DNA of 64,000 bases from NCBI GenBank assembly GCA_036278555.1, contig DASUKV010000083.1:1073-65072 (forward strand), in the 5' to 3' direction. Positions 18,416 through 28,741 of this stretch are shown piece after piece. The DNA comes from Terriglobia bacterium. GTDB taxonomy: Bacteria; Acidobacteriota; Terriglobia; UBA7540. The notes beneath the pieces were generated by a model. It had not been told where the DNA came from. It made no database searches and was given only the letters and a program-made list of their open reading frames with translations. The position numbers and the translations under genes are program-made. Numbering within the stretch: the first letter of the stretch is position 1; each line of letters begins with the position of its first letter.

Positions 18416-19357
18416 TTGCTGATGAGGAAGATTGCACAGATTCACCACTACCGGGGCTGGAACGCGGGTAGTGGGCAGTGCGGGCTTGAGATCTTCGAGC
18501 CGCGCGATGGCGTGCCGGTGATCGTGCTCACCGAGCTTCCCTGGAACACGAATACGAGCGTCACCAATATGATCGAGATCCTTGCTGCTGAAGTCGCGTT
18601 GGAATACCTGCCGGACCGCCGGCGTTCCCGACCGGCGTTTCGAGTGATCGAGCACTTGTACGAATGGCTCACAGGTGAGGACCTCTTCGAGCTGATCACG
18701 TTCGCGCTCCCCTGGCCCGCGCTCAAGAAGAACCTGGATCGCGCAACTCTTGGGGCGCCGCGCTGGCGGAGGCTTAAGCGGCAAGAGGTCCTGATTGGCG
18801 AGCCTTACGTTGAATGTTTCCGCCGCTTCAGGCAGGTCCCTCCCCCCTCCTCGGCCACTATTGAAGCCGTTCGCCTGTTAAGGACCCATTTGGGCCAGAT
18901 CGCCAAGTGCCACGGGCCGCTCGCCGCCGCTCTCAGTCGCACGGACTTGCCGGTCGTGGACCCGCCTGAATCGGCGGGTCAGTTATACGTGACAGGACTC
19001 GCGCAATGGCTCTTCTTTCCTGAAAAAGAACATGGCGTCAAGTTATTGAGCGACGAGATGGTCGCATCGCACTGGGATGTTTGGGAGATCAGCCGCCAAC
19101 TTCTTCTCTCGGTGCGGCAGATTAGCGAAATATTCCTCACCCATCTCGAGCTCGTGCGCGATCGCGCTGGCTTCGCTTCGGCTCTCGTCAATTACTTTGC
19201 CCACCCGGAAAAGCTCACCGTCGAAATCATCGAATCGCAGACCGAGCACTCGAAGCTATGGTCCACAGCCAACCGGTATGAGACAACGCCTTGGAAAATC
19301 ACCGAGCACCAACTGCGTTACGGGCCGTGGGAGGAAATTCATGCGCAAGAAGCTTGA
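18416..19357 (+). CDS. Hypothetical protein
   Basis: 313-aa ORF in operon context; N-terminal 'VLTELP.N.NTSVTN..E.LA' looks like a conserved domain. Confidence 0.6.
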   Translation: MLMRKIAQIHHYRGWNAGSGQCGLEIFEPRDGVPVIVLTELPWNTNTSVTNMIEILAAEVALEYLPDRRRSRPAFRVIEHLYEWLTGEDLFELITFALPWPALKKNLDRATLGAPRWRRLKRQEVLIGEPYVECFRRFRQVPPPSSATIEAVRLLRTHLGQIAKCHGPLAAALSRTDLPVVDPPESAGQLYVTGLAQWLFFPEKEHGVKLLSDEMVASHWDVWEISRQLLLSVRQISEIFLTHLELVRDRAGFASALVNYFAHPEKLTVEIIESQTEHSKLWSTANRYETTPWKITEHQLRYGPWEEIHAQEA

Positions 19358-19676
19358 TACAGCATCCCTGTTTGGAGCAACGCTCCTGGCAGTCGCAATC
19401 GAGTGCCCACTCCTGTGGTGGCTTTGGCACACGGTGCGATTTACGGCTGGTCCGGGCGCTTTTTACACCGGCGATTGGATGGGCCCGTTACTCCCCGAGG
19501 CCTGGCTCATCGGCGTTACCACTGCCATGATCCACCGTCTGGGACTTATGGTGTACGAGCGCGAGAAGATGCACATCCACCGCCGTCATTTCCGAAGGCT
19601 TGCGTACTCATTTATCGCGCTTGCTTCGGTCGAGGGGTGTCTCTTATGGATTCCACTGGCGCGGGTGATTCGATGA
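19341..19676 (+). CDS. Small 3-TM membrane protein
   Basis: ATG at 19341 after GGAGG; its stop overlaps the VirD4 ATG (ATGA). Confidence 0.55.
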   Translation: MRKKLDTASLFGATLLAVAIECPLLWWLWHTVRFTAGPGAFYTGDWMGPLLPEAWLIGVTTAMIHRLGLMVYEREKMHIHRRHFRRLAYSFIALASVEGCLLWIPLARVIR

Positions 19677-21466
19677 GAGCGCGCGAGGCGAATCAGGAAA
19701 CTGGCGTCTACGATGGCGCGTTTATCGTGGCTGCCGTTGGAGTAGCTCTCTTCATCGCCGTCTGGTACGTTGCCATCCACCGGTACCATCTCCTGGACAG
19801 CCAGTTCATCGAGGCACTCGGATATCTGGTTGTCCCGGCCACGGGCCTCGGGTGTCTAGCGTGGTTGATCCTCACGGGCCACTCGCGCCGCGAAAACGCC
19901 TGGCCGCACCCCTATCAGGTGATCTCTCCCAAAAAGGATGAACCCCTGGCGCGCGACGCCTGGAGAAAAGACGCAGTGGTGTTGGGTTATGACGTCCATG
20001 GCAAGCCGTGGCTGTGGCCCGACCGCATCCGGGTCATGCAGGGCCTGGTGCTCGGTTTGACGGGCATGGGGAAGACGACGCTCCTGAAGAACATCATTAC
20101 CCAGGACCTGATGCGGGTGATTGACACTCCTGAAGGGCCCAGGCGCATGCCGATCCTGATCCTGGACGGCAAGGGAGAGCGGAAGCTTTTCGAGGAGCTG
20201 CTGCCACACATCCACCACGCCGGGAGGCTCGGCGACCTGCGGGTCATCAATCCCTCCTGGCCTGACATCTCCGTCCGCTACAACCCCTTCCACTGCACCC
20301 AGGACGATTACATGCCGGTGGTGAACATGGTGTTTGGAAGCTTCAACCTGCATGACGAGTTCTTTGGCAAGCACCAGTTGAACTATCTGGCTGATATCGT
20401 GCGGGTACTGGTCTATACGGGGCACAAGTTCAACTTCTATGACGTCCTGGTGATGGCGATTGATCCGGAGGTGTTGCAGGAGCAGGTCGCAAAAGCGATC
20501 CACGAAACCACGCGCATGCCCAACATGACCCTGCAGCGGCGGCTGAACTTCGAGATGTCGGTCAAGAATCTGTACCAGTCCTTTCAGGACCGCGAACGGG
20601 TGCCAAAGATTCAGGGGTTGCTCAATGAGTGCATGACGTTCCTGGATGACGAGCTCTCGATTATCACCGGCCCTTACGAGGATCTGCTTTCGCTTGATGA
20701 GGTGATTGAGAAGGGGCTGATCCTGTTTCTCAGCCTGAACGTCAATAAGAACACCGAGCCGGTCAGAGCATTAGGCAAGATGCTTTTGCAAAACGTGCAG
20801 TTAGTCGTGGGCAGGCGGTACGAGGCTGACGACCCGCGCGCCGCCTGCCGACCAATGACTAGCATCATCCTGGATGAGTTTGCGCCGTTCGGCTACCAGA
20901 ACTTTGCTCACATCCTCCAGACTGCCCGCGGTACCAACACTTCGTTCCTGTTCTCCATGCAGAGTGTCCCGCAACTGCTGAAGGTCGGGCGCGGCTTCAA
21001 GGAAGATGTGACCTCGGCCGCCAACACCATCATTACTTTTAAGACGCATGACGAGACGACGGCAGACTTCTTCCTGCAGGCTTCGGCATTGCGCCCGGTG
21101 ACCAAGCGGACGCGGTCGGTGAGACGGGTGAAGTTCTTCGGGTATGAGAGGTATCGGGAGACGGGCGATGGAAGCGAGCGCGAAGATCTGGAGACGCGAG
21201 CGCTCGACTACCACATCAAGAACCTGCCGACAGGGCAGATCGAGTTGCTGATGACGGATGAGACGCAAGGCACTCTGCACACGACGCTGAGCGTTCGGCC
21301 TCCAGCGGACATTCGCGTGCCAGGCTTCGAACCGGAAGTCTTTCCGCGACTCACCGCGTCACGGGCCGAATCAAAGGATGGCGCGCACCTGCGGTTCAAG
21401 AATTTGGAGTTTGCGAGCCGGCACGGGCGGCGGGCAACTACCGGCTGGGGAGGGCGGGTGCAATGA
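19673..21466 (+). CDS. virD4: VirD4/TraD-like type IV coupling protein
   Basis: Two N-terminal TM helices, Walker A GLTGMGKT, 'ILDGKG', Walker B ILDEFA, 'QTARG...SMQSVPQL'. Confidence 0.9.
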   Translation: MRAREANQETGVYDGAFIVAAVGVALFIAVWYVAIHRYHLLDSQFIEALGYLVVPATGLGCLAWLILTGHSRRENAWPHPYQVISPKKDEPLARDAWRKDAVVLGYDVHGKPWLWPDRIRVMQGLVLGLTGMGKTTLLKNIITQDLMRVIDTPEGPRRMPILILDGKGERKLFEELLPHIHHAGRLGDLRVINPSWPDISVRYNPFHCTQDDYMPVVNMVFGSFNLHDEFFGKHQLNYLADIVRVLVYTGHKFNFYDVLVMAIDPEVLQEQVAKAIHETTRMPNMTLQRRLNFEMSVKNLYQSFQDRERVPKIQGLLNECMTFLDDELSIITGPYEDLLSLDEVIEKGLILFLSLNVNKNTEPVRALGKMLLQNVQLVVGRRYEADDPRAACRPMTSIILDEFAPFGYQNFAHILQTARGTNTSFLFSMQSVPQLLKVGRGFKEDVTSAANTIITFKTHDETTADFFLQASALRPVTKRTRSVRRVKFFGYERYRETGDGSEREDLETRALDYHIKNLPTGQIELLMTDETQGTLHTTLSVRPPADIRVPGFEPEVFPRLTASRAESKDGAHLRFKNLEFASRHGRRATTGWGGRVQ

Positions 21467-22251
21467 GACGGGTGGCATGTGTGGCAGGTTGTATTCTCAG
21501 TCTGGCGATCCCGCTTATGGCGCAGATACATCAGCCTGCACCGAGTCCGCAGTTCACCAGGCCCGCATCAACCTACGACCCGGCAGCTCAGCCGGGGCTT
21601 TATCGTCAGACTTGGTACGATGCGATGCTCCGGCAGTTCAATCCTGACAACCTGGACTGGGGACAGTGGCTGGAGCAGCGACGCGCGGCTTTTCTCGAGG
21701 CCACAGCGGCCAACCCGTATTTCAAATACGGCTTGGTGACAAGCCTGCTGCTCATCCTTGTGACGGTCGCTCTCGCCAAAGCGCTGATTGACAAAAGCCG
21801 GGTAAAGTGGCTCGCGCAGGAGCGATACAACGACCTGAAGCGGCACGACCGGTCCTCACGACAGGAGGCGCGGGAAGCGATCCGGAAGTACAACGAGCAT
21901 ATGGAAAAGTGTAACCGGGTGGTTGAGGCGGAGCTCATCGGGAAGCCTCTCACGCCTCAAACATTCTCCGGTGACGGAGGCGAGTTAACGTTGCCCGAAG
22001 CGCTTACCCAACTCGCGGAAGTAAGGCGAGAGCGTGATGACTTTAGTGGCAGGTTGGAGAAGGCGAATGCCGTGGTTGGCGAACTAGCCCTGCGGGTCAG
22101 TGACGTCGAGGCCGCCGGCAATGGATCGACCGGCGGCAACGGGTCCCGGCAGGATGGCGCATCAACGTCAGATCTGGTTAAGCAGATTAACGGCTTGCGC
22201 GAGCAGCTCTACCGCGAGCGGGAACGGAACAAGCATTTGAAAGGGATGTGA
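21463..22251 (+). CDS. Membrane-anchored coiled-coil protein
   Basis: Signal peptide, one TM, coiled coil; ATGA-coupled to VirD4. Confidence 0.65.
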   Translation: MRRVACVAGCILSLAIPLMAQIHQPAPSPQFTRPASTYDPAAQPGLYRQTWYDAMLRQFNPDNLDWGQWLEQRRAAFLEATAANPYFKYGLVTSLLLILVTVALAKALIDKSRVKWLAQERYNDLKRHDRSSRQEAREAIRKYNEHMEKCNRVVEAELIGKPLTPQTFSGDGGELTLPEALTQLAEVRRERDDFSGRLEKANAVVGELALRVSDVEAAGNGSTGGNGSRQDGASTSDLVKQINGLREQLYRERERNKHLKGM

Positions 22252-22808
22252 CAATCGTGTTGGTCGGCGTAACAGGTTTCGGCAGCGTATGGCGGCGAAG
22301 GTTCGGTAAGGACACCCATGACCCCGAACGCTTCCGGCGCGCGGCGTACTTTAACACGACCGGCATCATGATCGATGGCCGGGTGGTGCATCACCGCAAG
22401 ATTGCCGGGCATGTCAGGTTCAACGGTTTGGGCGGATTCAATCCTTACTATCCACAGCGCGCGGTGGGCGCCGTGTTCGAGTGCGATGAGCCGTGCGTAT
22501 GCAACGGACAGATCAAAGTGTTCTTCGGCCGCCGCCTCGCCCGACCGCAGCGGGCAGATTACTTTCTGGTGGTCATCCGGTCGGCAGAGTTCGGGCATGT
22601 GGATGTGGGAGCGCCAGCCTGGAAGTCCGATGGCTGCCTGCTCATTTCGTTCAGCGAGTATCATGACCAGCAGGAACTGATGCTGCTTGCGCCTCCGGAC
22701 GGATGGGTCAACATGAAGTCGGGACGCCTGGCATTACATTCTGACGTTGCGCGTCGCTGGAGCGCCAAGCTGCGTATCAGTGAAAGAGAAGACGGTGCGG
22801 TACTTTAA
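22248..22808 (+). CDS. Hypothetical protein
   Basis: GTGA-coupled to the upstream gene and overlapping the relaxase start. Confidence 0.6.
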   Translation: MTIVLVGVTGFGSVWRRRFGKDTHDPERFRRAAYFNTTGIMIDGRVVHHRKIAGHVRFNGLGGFNPYYPQRAVGAVFECDEPCVCNGQIKVFFGRRLARPQRADYFLVVIRSAEFGHVDVGAPAWKSDGCLLISFSEYHDQQELMLLAPPDGWVNMKSGRLALHSDVARRWSAKLRISEREDGAVL

Positions 22809-23559
22809 GGGTAGCATCAAGCTGAGTCTGGAGCACGACCATCCGATCCTGAACCAAACCCTCTACAGCGGCTTTGTCACTCAGGATCAGCTCTGGGAGT
22901 TTATGATGCGTGGTGGGCATGAGCTCAATCGCCGTTGTTTCAACTGGCGCGTCAAGCGGCTGGTCGACCACGGCTTCCTTAAGCGGCACGTTCTCTCGAA
23001 CGCCGCCCGTTCATTTGTGTACTCCCTGACTGAAGAGGGAGCCGAGGAGTTGGTGAACCTCCAAGAGTGCCATACCGCCGTGGTGGGATTTTACAATCGC
23101 AATGGCGATGGCGACCGGATGAGGCACGCGATCGATGTCAATGACATTCGGCTGACGCTGGCCCGGCGAGGCTTGCTCGCCGGATGGAAGTCCGATCTGG
23201 AAGTCAGATCGCAGAACGAGTTTACGAATTATGGATACGCCAAGGATTATGACGCGGTGGTTACTCTTCGCCTGGACGGGCAGGATGTACCGTTCGCTCT
23301 GGAGTACGAGCGGCAGGCCAAGGCGCGGGAACGGTATGTCGAGATCGCCGGTTTGATCCAGGGCGAGCGGCGTGTGAGCCGGTTCCTGTACCTGTTCCCG
23401 GAGTACCATCTGCTGTGGTTTGTGCATCAGTTTTTCCAGCACACGGACCGGAGGGTATATTTTGGAGTCTCGTGCGACTTCAAACGGGAGGTTATTTCAA
23501 CGCAGGTGGTTGACCCGGTGCTCCGGCACTACACCCTGGGCGAGGCGCTGCGCACATAG
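22795..23559 (+). CDS. MOB_C / Replic_Relax-type relaxase
   Basis: N-terminal wHTH-like region, 'RHAIDVND', and 'DAVV...ALEYERQAKARERY' matching the MOB_C D-xn-E-x-E-R-x2-K-x3-R-Y signature; downstream of VirD4. Confidence 0.78.
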   Translation: MRYFKGSIKLSLEHDHPILNQTLYSGFVTQDQLWEFMMRGGHELNRRCFNWRVKRLVDHGFLKRHVLSNAARSFVYSLTEEGAEELVNLQECHTAVVGFYNRNGDGDRMRHAIDVNDIRLTLARRGLLAGWKSDLEVRSQNEFTNYGYAKDYDAVVTLRLDGQDVPFALEYERQAKARERYVEIAGLIQGERRVSRFLYLFPEYHLLWFVHQFFQHTDRRVYFGVSCDFKREVISTQVVDPVLRHYTLGEALRT

Positions 23560-23699
23560 CCTTTGCCTTCCTCACTCCTTCCGCCGCTTTCCTCACACCT
23601 TGTACACTCCTTCCTCACGACTTCCCGACGGATCGTGTATCCCATTGAAATAGCTTATGTTGGCTTCTGACTACCCTCTGTTTTTGCTTCGGGAAGTCA

Positions 23700-24330
23700 A
23701 TAAACGACACGCCTTCGGGGACATGGCTGTGCAGATGTGTGGAGGCCGTGATGGGACGTGAGCGCATGTTGGCGCAGCTTATTGCCTGGTTGCTTGATGG
23801 TCGTTCGCTGGATGCGTGTTTGTCTTCGCGCAGCTTCGTGGGCAGCGTTTGTATTTGGTGCGTTCGGCTTGGTTGGCTTATACTTGTCCGGTGTGCCGGA
23901 TGTGCCTTCACCGCCTGTGAGGTGTTGCAGCCTCGCTGGAGCGGTTGCGTGTCGGCTTGGATTCGTCTGCTGCATTGTAGCGTTGTAGCGCGTAATGCTG
24001 TGTGAGCTCTGTATGATCTTGCGCTAGCTTGTGCGTCCGTTTGTTGGACGTTGGGCGGTCTTTGTGGGCTTTACGTTCGAGGTTGTGGGCTGCCTTGCGA
24101 CGTGGCCTGGGTGGCTGTTGCACTCGTTGCGACGTTAGCGTGCCTGGCGTTGTCGTCAATCGTGGCGGCGTGTCACGAGAGTCGCTGCCCGGTTCGTACA
24201 GCCTGGCGTGCGAAGGTGACGTTGGGCTGCGGCTGTTTCGTTGACAATGTGTTCGGCCGTCCATGACCATGTTGGCGGACTTGATTGTTGCTGGCGGCAG
24301 TGGTGCGACGGTGAAGGTCGAAGGGGTAAG
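23700..24330. other. A-depleted, G/T-rich non-coding tract (candidate oriT-associated region or ncRNA)
   Basis: Hand count gives about 38 A in 420 nt (23761-24180, about 9%). No credible ORF. Confidence 0.6.
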
Positions 24331-24531
24331 AAGTCTCGGTGTTCGGATCGCTCGGGCTGACCGCATTGTCCAAGAGGACGCTTCCACCGACATTCCCATC
24401 GACGATCCCGACATGAGGTGCTCTCCTCGAGCGGCCAGCTTTCCTCCCTTGCTTACAATTAGCCGCGATCAGCGATTTCCGCTTATAGCTTAGACAACCG
24501 TTTTGTTCATCAGAAGCCAGCTTGGAACATT

Positions 24532-25590
24532 TCACAGTCTCGCTGATGGTTCAACATCATAAATACGGAGCTCCGCGCTCTGGCTCCCGCGGCGTGGGAC
24601 GGCTAGGTAGAACCGACTTAGCTGCGGCACGAAGCACGAGGTCCGGGCGCCGGGTGCTGTCCTGATGTCAGCAACTCTCCGGTAGTGGTCCCGGTCTCTC
24701 TGTTCGACGACGGAGATGAAGCCTTCCCCACCTGAAATGTAAATCCGTTTGCGCCCCGCGTCATACCACATATCGTCCGCATCTCCCACACACGGACTGC
24801 GGGCCACGGTCCTGCCGGAACTCGTGTCGAGGACGAGCATTTCCGCAGGTTGGCGGCAGACGACAAATAACCGGTGGTCCGCGTTATCGACCGCCATGGG
24901 GAAATTACCCCGCGCGCCTTCGATCGTCCATTTAGCGGCCAATTTCCGTGCGTCGCGGTTCAATACGATGATAATGTGTCCCGCTGTCGGAACATTGACG
25001 TAGATCAGAGGCCCGGCACTTGCCAGTTGGAACGATTCAGGGTGGCCGGGAAGTCTTATGGTTCCGATCAACCTCCCCGTCCGGGCATCCAGAATTCCGA
25101 TCCCTCCGTTGCCATAGCCTATGTATACGTGCCCATCGGATGCTCCGTACCGCGTATCATCAGCATCACTCGGAAAGTGAATCACCCTAAGAAGCCTGTA
25201 GGTACGGCCATCAAAGATGCGGCAAGTTCCGTCCCCGGCGTTGGCGACAACGATGCGATTGGATCGCGGTGCGTACGTCACGCCTTGCGGCTCGCCGAGG
25301 TCGCGGATCGTATGTATGTGTTTCCCCGTGCGGAGATCGAAAACCTCCAGGGTGTTATTCCCCAGCGCGGACATAAAGAGCCGCTGGCCGCGAAGGTCAA
25401 CGTCGAAGTGATCGATGCGCCCACGGACCTCGGGCATTGAGATGATCTGAGCGAGTTTCAAGGGTTGCTGCCCGGCTGCAGCAGAGGCAAGCAGGAGCGT
25501 CACGAGCACAAACCCATAGATTTTTTCCACCACCGGTTTTTGCCTCCTCCAGATTGCTTCCAGCAAAGTTCGTTCACTCTTCGTGCGCAA
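24532..25590 (-). CDS. YncE/YVTN-type secreted beta-propeller protein
   Basis: Signal peptide, 'GRIDHFDVD..GQRLF', repeated blades 'HPESFQL', 'NFPMAVD', 'DADDMWYD', 'GARTS'. Confidence 0.85.
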   Translation of the reverse strand: MRTKSERTLLEAIWRRQKPVVEKIYGFVLVTLLLASAAAGQQPLKLAQIISMPEVRGRIDHFDVDLRGQRLFMSALGNNTLEVFDLRTGKHIHTIRDLGEPQGVTYAPRSNRIVVANAGDGTCRIFDGRTYRLLRVIHFPSDADDTRYGASDGHVYIGYGNGGIGILDARTGRLIGTIRLPGHPESFQLASAGPLIYVNVPTAGHIIIVLNRDARKLAAKWTIEGARGNFPMAVDNADHRLFVVCRQPAEMLVLDTSSGRTVARSPCVGDADDMWYDAGRKRIYISGGEGFISVVEQRDRDHYRRVADIRTAPGARTSCFVPQLSRFYLAVPRRGSQSAELRIYDVEPSARL

Positions 25591-26348
25591 ATTTACGCAA
25601 GGCAGACGCTCCCCGCATCAACTGTCCTCGATGCCGTCGGTTAGGTTTTTCAAACCGCCAGGGAGATTCATTCTGCCATTTGGCGAGCTGATCGAGCGCC
25701 CACTGGTTGCTTTTGTCCTTGTGACACGATATGCAAGGATTGGGGATGCCATATTTAATCGTCATCGCCGGTGAAATAAACCGGAAGGTGTGCCTGTGGA
25801 CCGAAAATGAGTCGACTTCGGTGGCGATGCGCGGCATGTGACATACGATACACTCGCTTCCCGGACTGCCCGCCGGATGGTGCGTGTGCGCCTCAATCGT
25901 AGACCCGCGGGCCGTTCGGGGAATGGGGTCCGTGGCATGTCAGGCACAATTCGTTTGCCCGTTTCATCAGCAGGTCTTGGTAATCGGTTCCATGTGGGTT
26001 GTGCCGGTTCTTGTGCGCAGAGCGATCCGCCCAGTAAAAGAAATTTGGTTGCGCCAAGCTTGTGCGGTTGCAAACGAACGTAGTCGCTCAGCCGGTCTCC
26101 CGGCTGGTAGCCCACCGCCCAGTCGTAGTAGACGCCATGGATCGGTTAACCTTGGGATCTTAGACTACATTGGCCACGCGAGTGCTTTTCCACCGGTTAT
26201 AGACGGAGGCGTGACAAAGCTCGCAAGCTTTCGACTCAACATAGTGCGGGGTTTGCCCTTGTGCCGCTCCCAGCGCGAGTATAGAACATCCCAGCATCAA
26301 TATAAGTCTCGCCACGACTGTTCGAACCGTAGCAACAAACCCAGTCAT
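25574..26348 (-). pseudogene. Degraded multiheme cytochrome c
   Basis: CxxCH motifs CELCH, CLTCH, CIVCH and CISCH are spread over different frames with stops and frameshifts; N-terminal signal peptide. Confidence 0.75.
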
Positions 26349-26667
26349 AACTATTGAACCTGTCGCCGCAAGGGTTGCAACACGCGCTGCCCCGGTGCTG
26401 CGATGTAATTACCCGACCATCAGAATACTACCGGACTCCTGACCTGCCAATCCGGGTCGGGCAGTCTGTATTCCCGTCATGCGCCATAATTCCGTCACAC
26501 GTCGTTGAGCCGGTACGATCGTTCGCCGTATCCGTTTGTTGTTTGGAGGCTGGTCGGCATTGGCGCCAGTTTAACACCCGCAACTTGTTCAGAGTCCGGC
26601 AGCAGCGTGACCTCTTGACTGCACGCGAATACACCGTCTTATCCCAAACGAAAGGAGGAAAGTTTTT

Positions 26668-27123
26668 ATGCACGAAGTTCTGTTAATCACCGATGGAAGT
26701 TGCCCAATGGGGAATCCCGGGCCTGGCGGCTGGGCAGCGATTCTCCAGAGCAACCAACACGAGCGTGTTATTAGCGGGAGTCATCCAGCCACCACGAATA
26801 ACCGAATGGAGCTGGCAGGCGCCATCGAAGGATTGCGCGTACTAAAGACGCGATGCCTGGTAACACTCGTTACTGATTCAATGTACGTCAAACAGGGAAT
26901 TACCGAATGGCTTCCCAAATGGCAGACCAACGGATTCAAGGCAGCGTCAGGCAGACCAGTGCTGAACCAGGACCTCTGGGAGCAGTTGGATCAGTTGGTC
27001 CGGCAACACGAGGTGCATTGGGAATGGACGCGATCCCATAGCGATCATGCCTTGCAAAATCGCGCGGACGCGCTTGCGGCTCAAGCAGCTCGCCAGCAGG
27101 CTGCAGCTCTGGCTCGCGGGTGA
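26668..27123 (+). CDS. rnhA: Ribonuclease HI
   Basis: TDGSC.GNPGPGGW, TTNNRMEL, TDSMYV..GI..W...W, NQDLW, NRADALA; RBS AAGGAGG. Confidence 0.95.
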   Translation: MHEVLLITDGSCPMGNPGPGGWAAILQSNQHERVISGSHPATTNNRMELAGAIEGLRVLKTRCLVTLVTDSMYVKQGITEWLPKWQTNGFKAASGRPVLNQDLWEQLDQLVRQHEVHWEWTRSHSDHALQNRADALAAQAARQQAAALARG

Positions 27124-27289
27124 GCGGAGCGCATACATATAATGATACGCTTCTCGATTCGCGGCAGTCTTCGCCTGCCTGGAGGAGTCTGTTGGAGAAA
27201 AATGTTGACGATGCCCTCTTTGTTCTTGAAAGCTGCCAGCCCTTCGCACGCTGACTTCGTTTATACTTCCGTCTGGAGGAAGACTCAAA

Positions 27290-27751
27290 ATGGCAAGTCT
27301 GACCCCAAAGAGCACTGCTGAATCTGAGTCGGTCCATGTGACCCGCCATCTTGCCGGGTCACCGGAACGTGTTTTCAAAGCCTGGGTCGATCCTGCGCTC
27401 CTTCGGCGCTGGTTGGCTCCAATTGCGGAGGTCGACGCACGCGCGGGTGGGCGCTTCCGCCTTGAAGTATCGAAACCGGAGGGCGCGCACGTAGTCACCG
27501 GCGAATATCTGGAATTTGTCGCCAGCCAGCACCTCGTGATGACCTGGGTGTACGAGGGCCCGATGACGCCGGAGGGGAAAATGAAAGCACTGCTGACAGT
27601 CGAATTCCAAAAGGACGGGGCGCACACCGAAATCAGCTTGCATCCCGAGGGCCTGACCAATCCCCGCTATCTCGAGCCCATTAGGCAGGGCGCGTGGACC
27701 AAGGCTCTGGACCAGATGGACGCACTCCTGGCAAATAGTTCCACAAAGTGA
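27290..27751 (+). CDS. SRPBCC/AHSA1 domain protein
   Basis: 'PERVFKAWVDP..L.RW', 'DARAGGRFR', 'GEYLE', C-terminal 'GAWTKALDQM'. Confidence 0.85.
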   Translation: MASLTPKSTAESESVHVTRHLAGSPERVFKAWVDPALLRRWLAPIAEVDARAGGRFRLEVSKPEGAHVVTGEYLEFVASQHLVMTWVYEGPMTPEGKMKALLTVEFQKDGAHTEISLHPEGLTNPRYLEPIRQGAWTKALDQMDALLANSSTK

Positions 27752-28161
27752 AGTGGCCCATTCACTCGTCATTCGTCTATACCACAACAGGCCACACCCT
27801 TAATGATCGCGACGCAGTTGGTCGTGTCTGGCGCGATTGCTCTTCTAGCAACCGAGTTGCCACTTCGGCTGGTTCTGGACCGCGTGGCATGATCATTTCA
27901 ACATCATTCGCATCCTTACAATCCCAGGATTTTCGGGCCACTGTGGTGTAACGTTATTATTATTGTATGCTGCGCAATGCGGCCCTGAGCGCCTCCCACC
28001 CCGAAGCAGTCGTACCCTCAATTCGCTCTTCAACCACGCGCCTAAATGCAACGTGTTCTTTGGGTGTTGTGTTTCGTACAGTTACCGTCTACAGGTCGTT
28101 GAATAGGCGTGCTGCCAAGTATCGAGTTTGATCTAACTCTAACAAAGGAGGACATTACCGT

Positions 28162-28614
28162 ATGTTCGGCAAAATTACGTTGACCACAATACTGGAAATT
28201 CCGAAAGACGAACCCCTTGAATCGGCAGTAGCGAAACTGCTGGCGATAACCGACGGGGCTGAGATTGCCAGGTGGGTGCAGTTTCGGGCCGGGTTATTGG
28301 TTTTCGTCGTGGTGCCCGGTGACCCGGAGTCGGGAGCATTTTATCTCCTTGACCGTAAAACGGGCGCCTGGCACATGGTGGACTTCGAGGATGACAAATA
28401 CGGCGGCTACTCAGAAGCTGATTTCGAGTGCCTGATGAACGCCTGCCGGTTCGCGCGGCTGGTCGAGCGGCCGCAATTGCTCATAACCTGCCAGTGGCGG
28501 CTGGCTCCCGGCGCTGGTCCCGAGCTGCTTTGCACGCTGCCACGGAAGTTCGAGCGCCGGCACGAGAGATTCAACCACAAATTTAACTTGACAAGTTCTG
28601 CGGTTCAGGCATAG
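28162..28614 (+). CDS. Hypothetical protein
   Basis: Strong RBS AAGGAGG; 150-aa ORF. Confidence 0.65.
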   Translation: MFGKITLTTILEIPKDEPLESAVAKLLAITDGAEIARWVQFRAGLLVFVVVPGDPESGAFYLLDRKTGAWHMVDFEDDKYGGYSEADFECLMNACRFARLVERPQLLITCQWRLAPGAGPELLCTLPRKFERRHERFNHKFNLTSSAVQA

Positions 28615-28741
28615 AAAGAAGGTGGAGTTCCTGTTCCCTCCGTTTCACGCGCTGGCAGATTCTGACCGGCGCGATTCCTCTCTTTTGCTTTAACAATTCC
28701 CCCAACATCGCATGTGACCTTTTACCTCGCGGAGGTGCGTC

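Noticed and set aside
17546-18784. Long antisense ORFs (also 9564..10643, 16291..17400, 28892..30133, 43111..44115, 56765..57871)
   Set aside because: Shadow ORFs opposite well-supported genes in GC-rich DNA, with no motifs.
23615-24535. Short ORFs within the G/T-rich tract
   Set aside because: Compositional artefacts of low A content (few stop codons); no RBS or recognisable domains.
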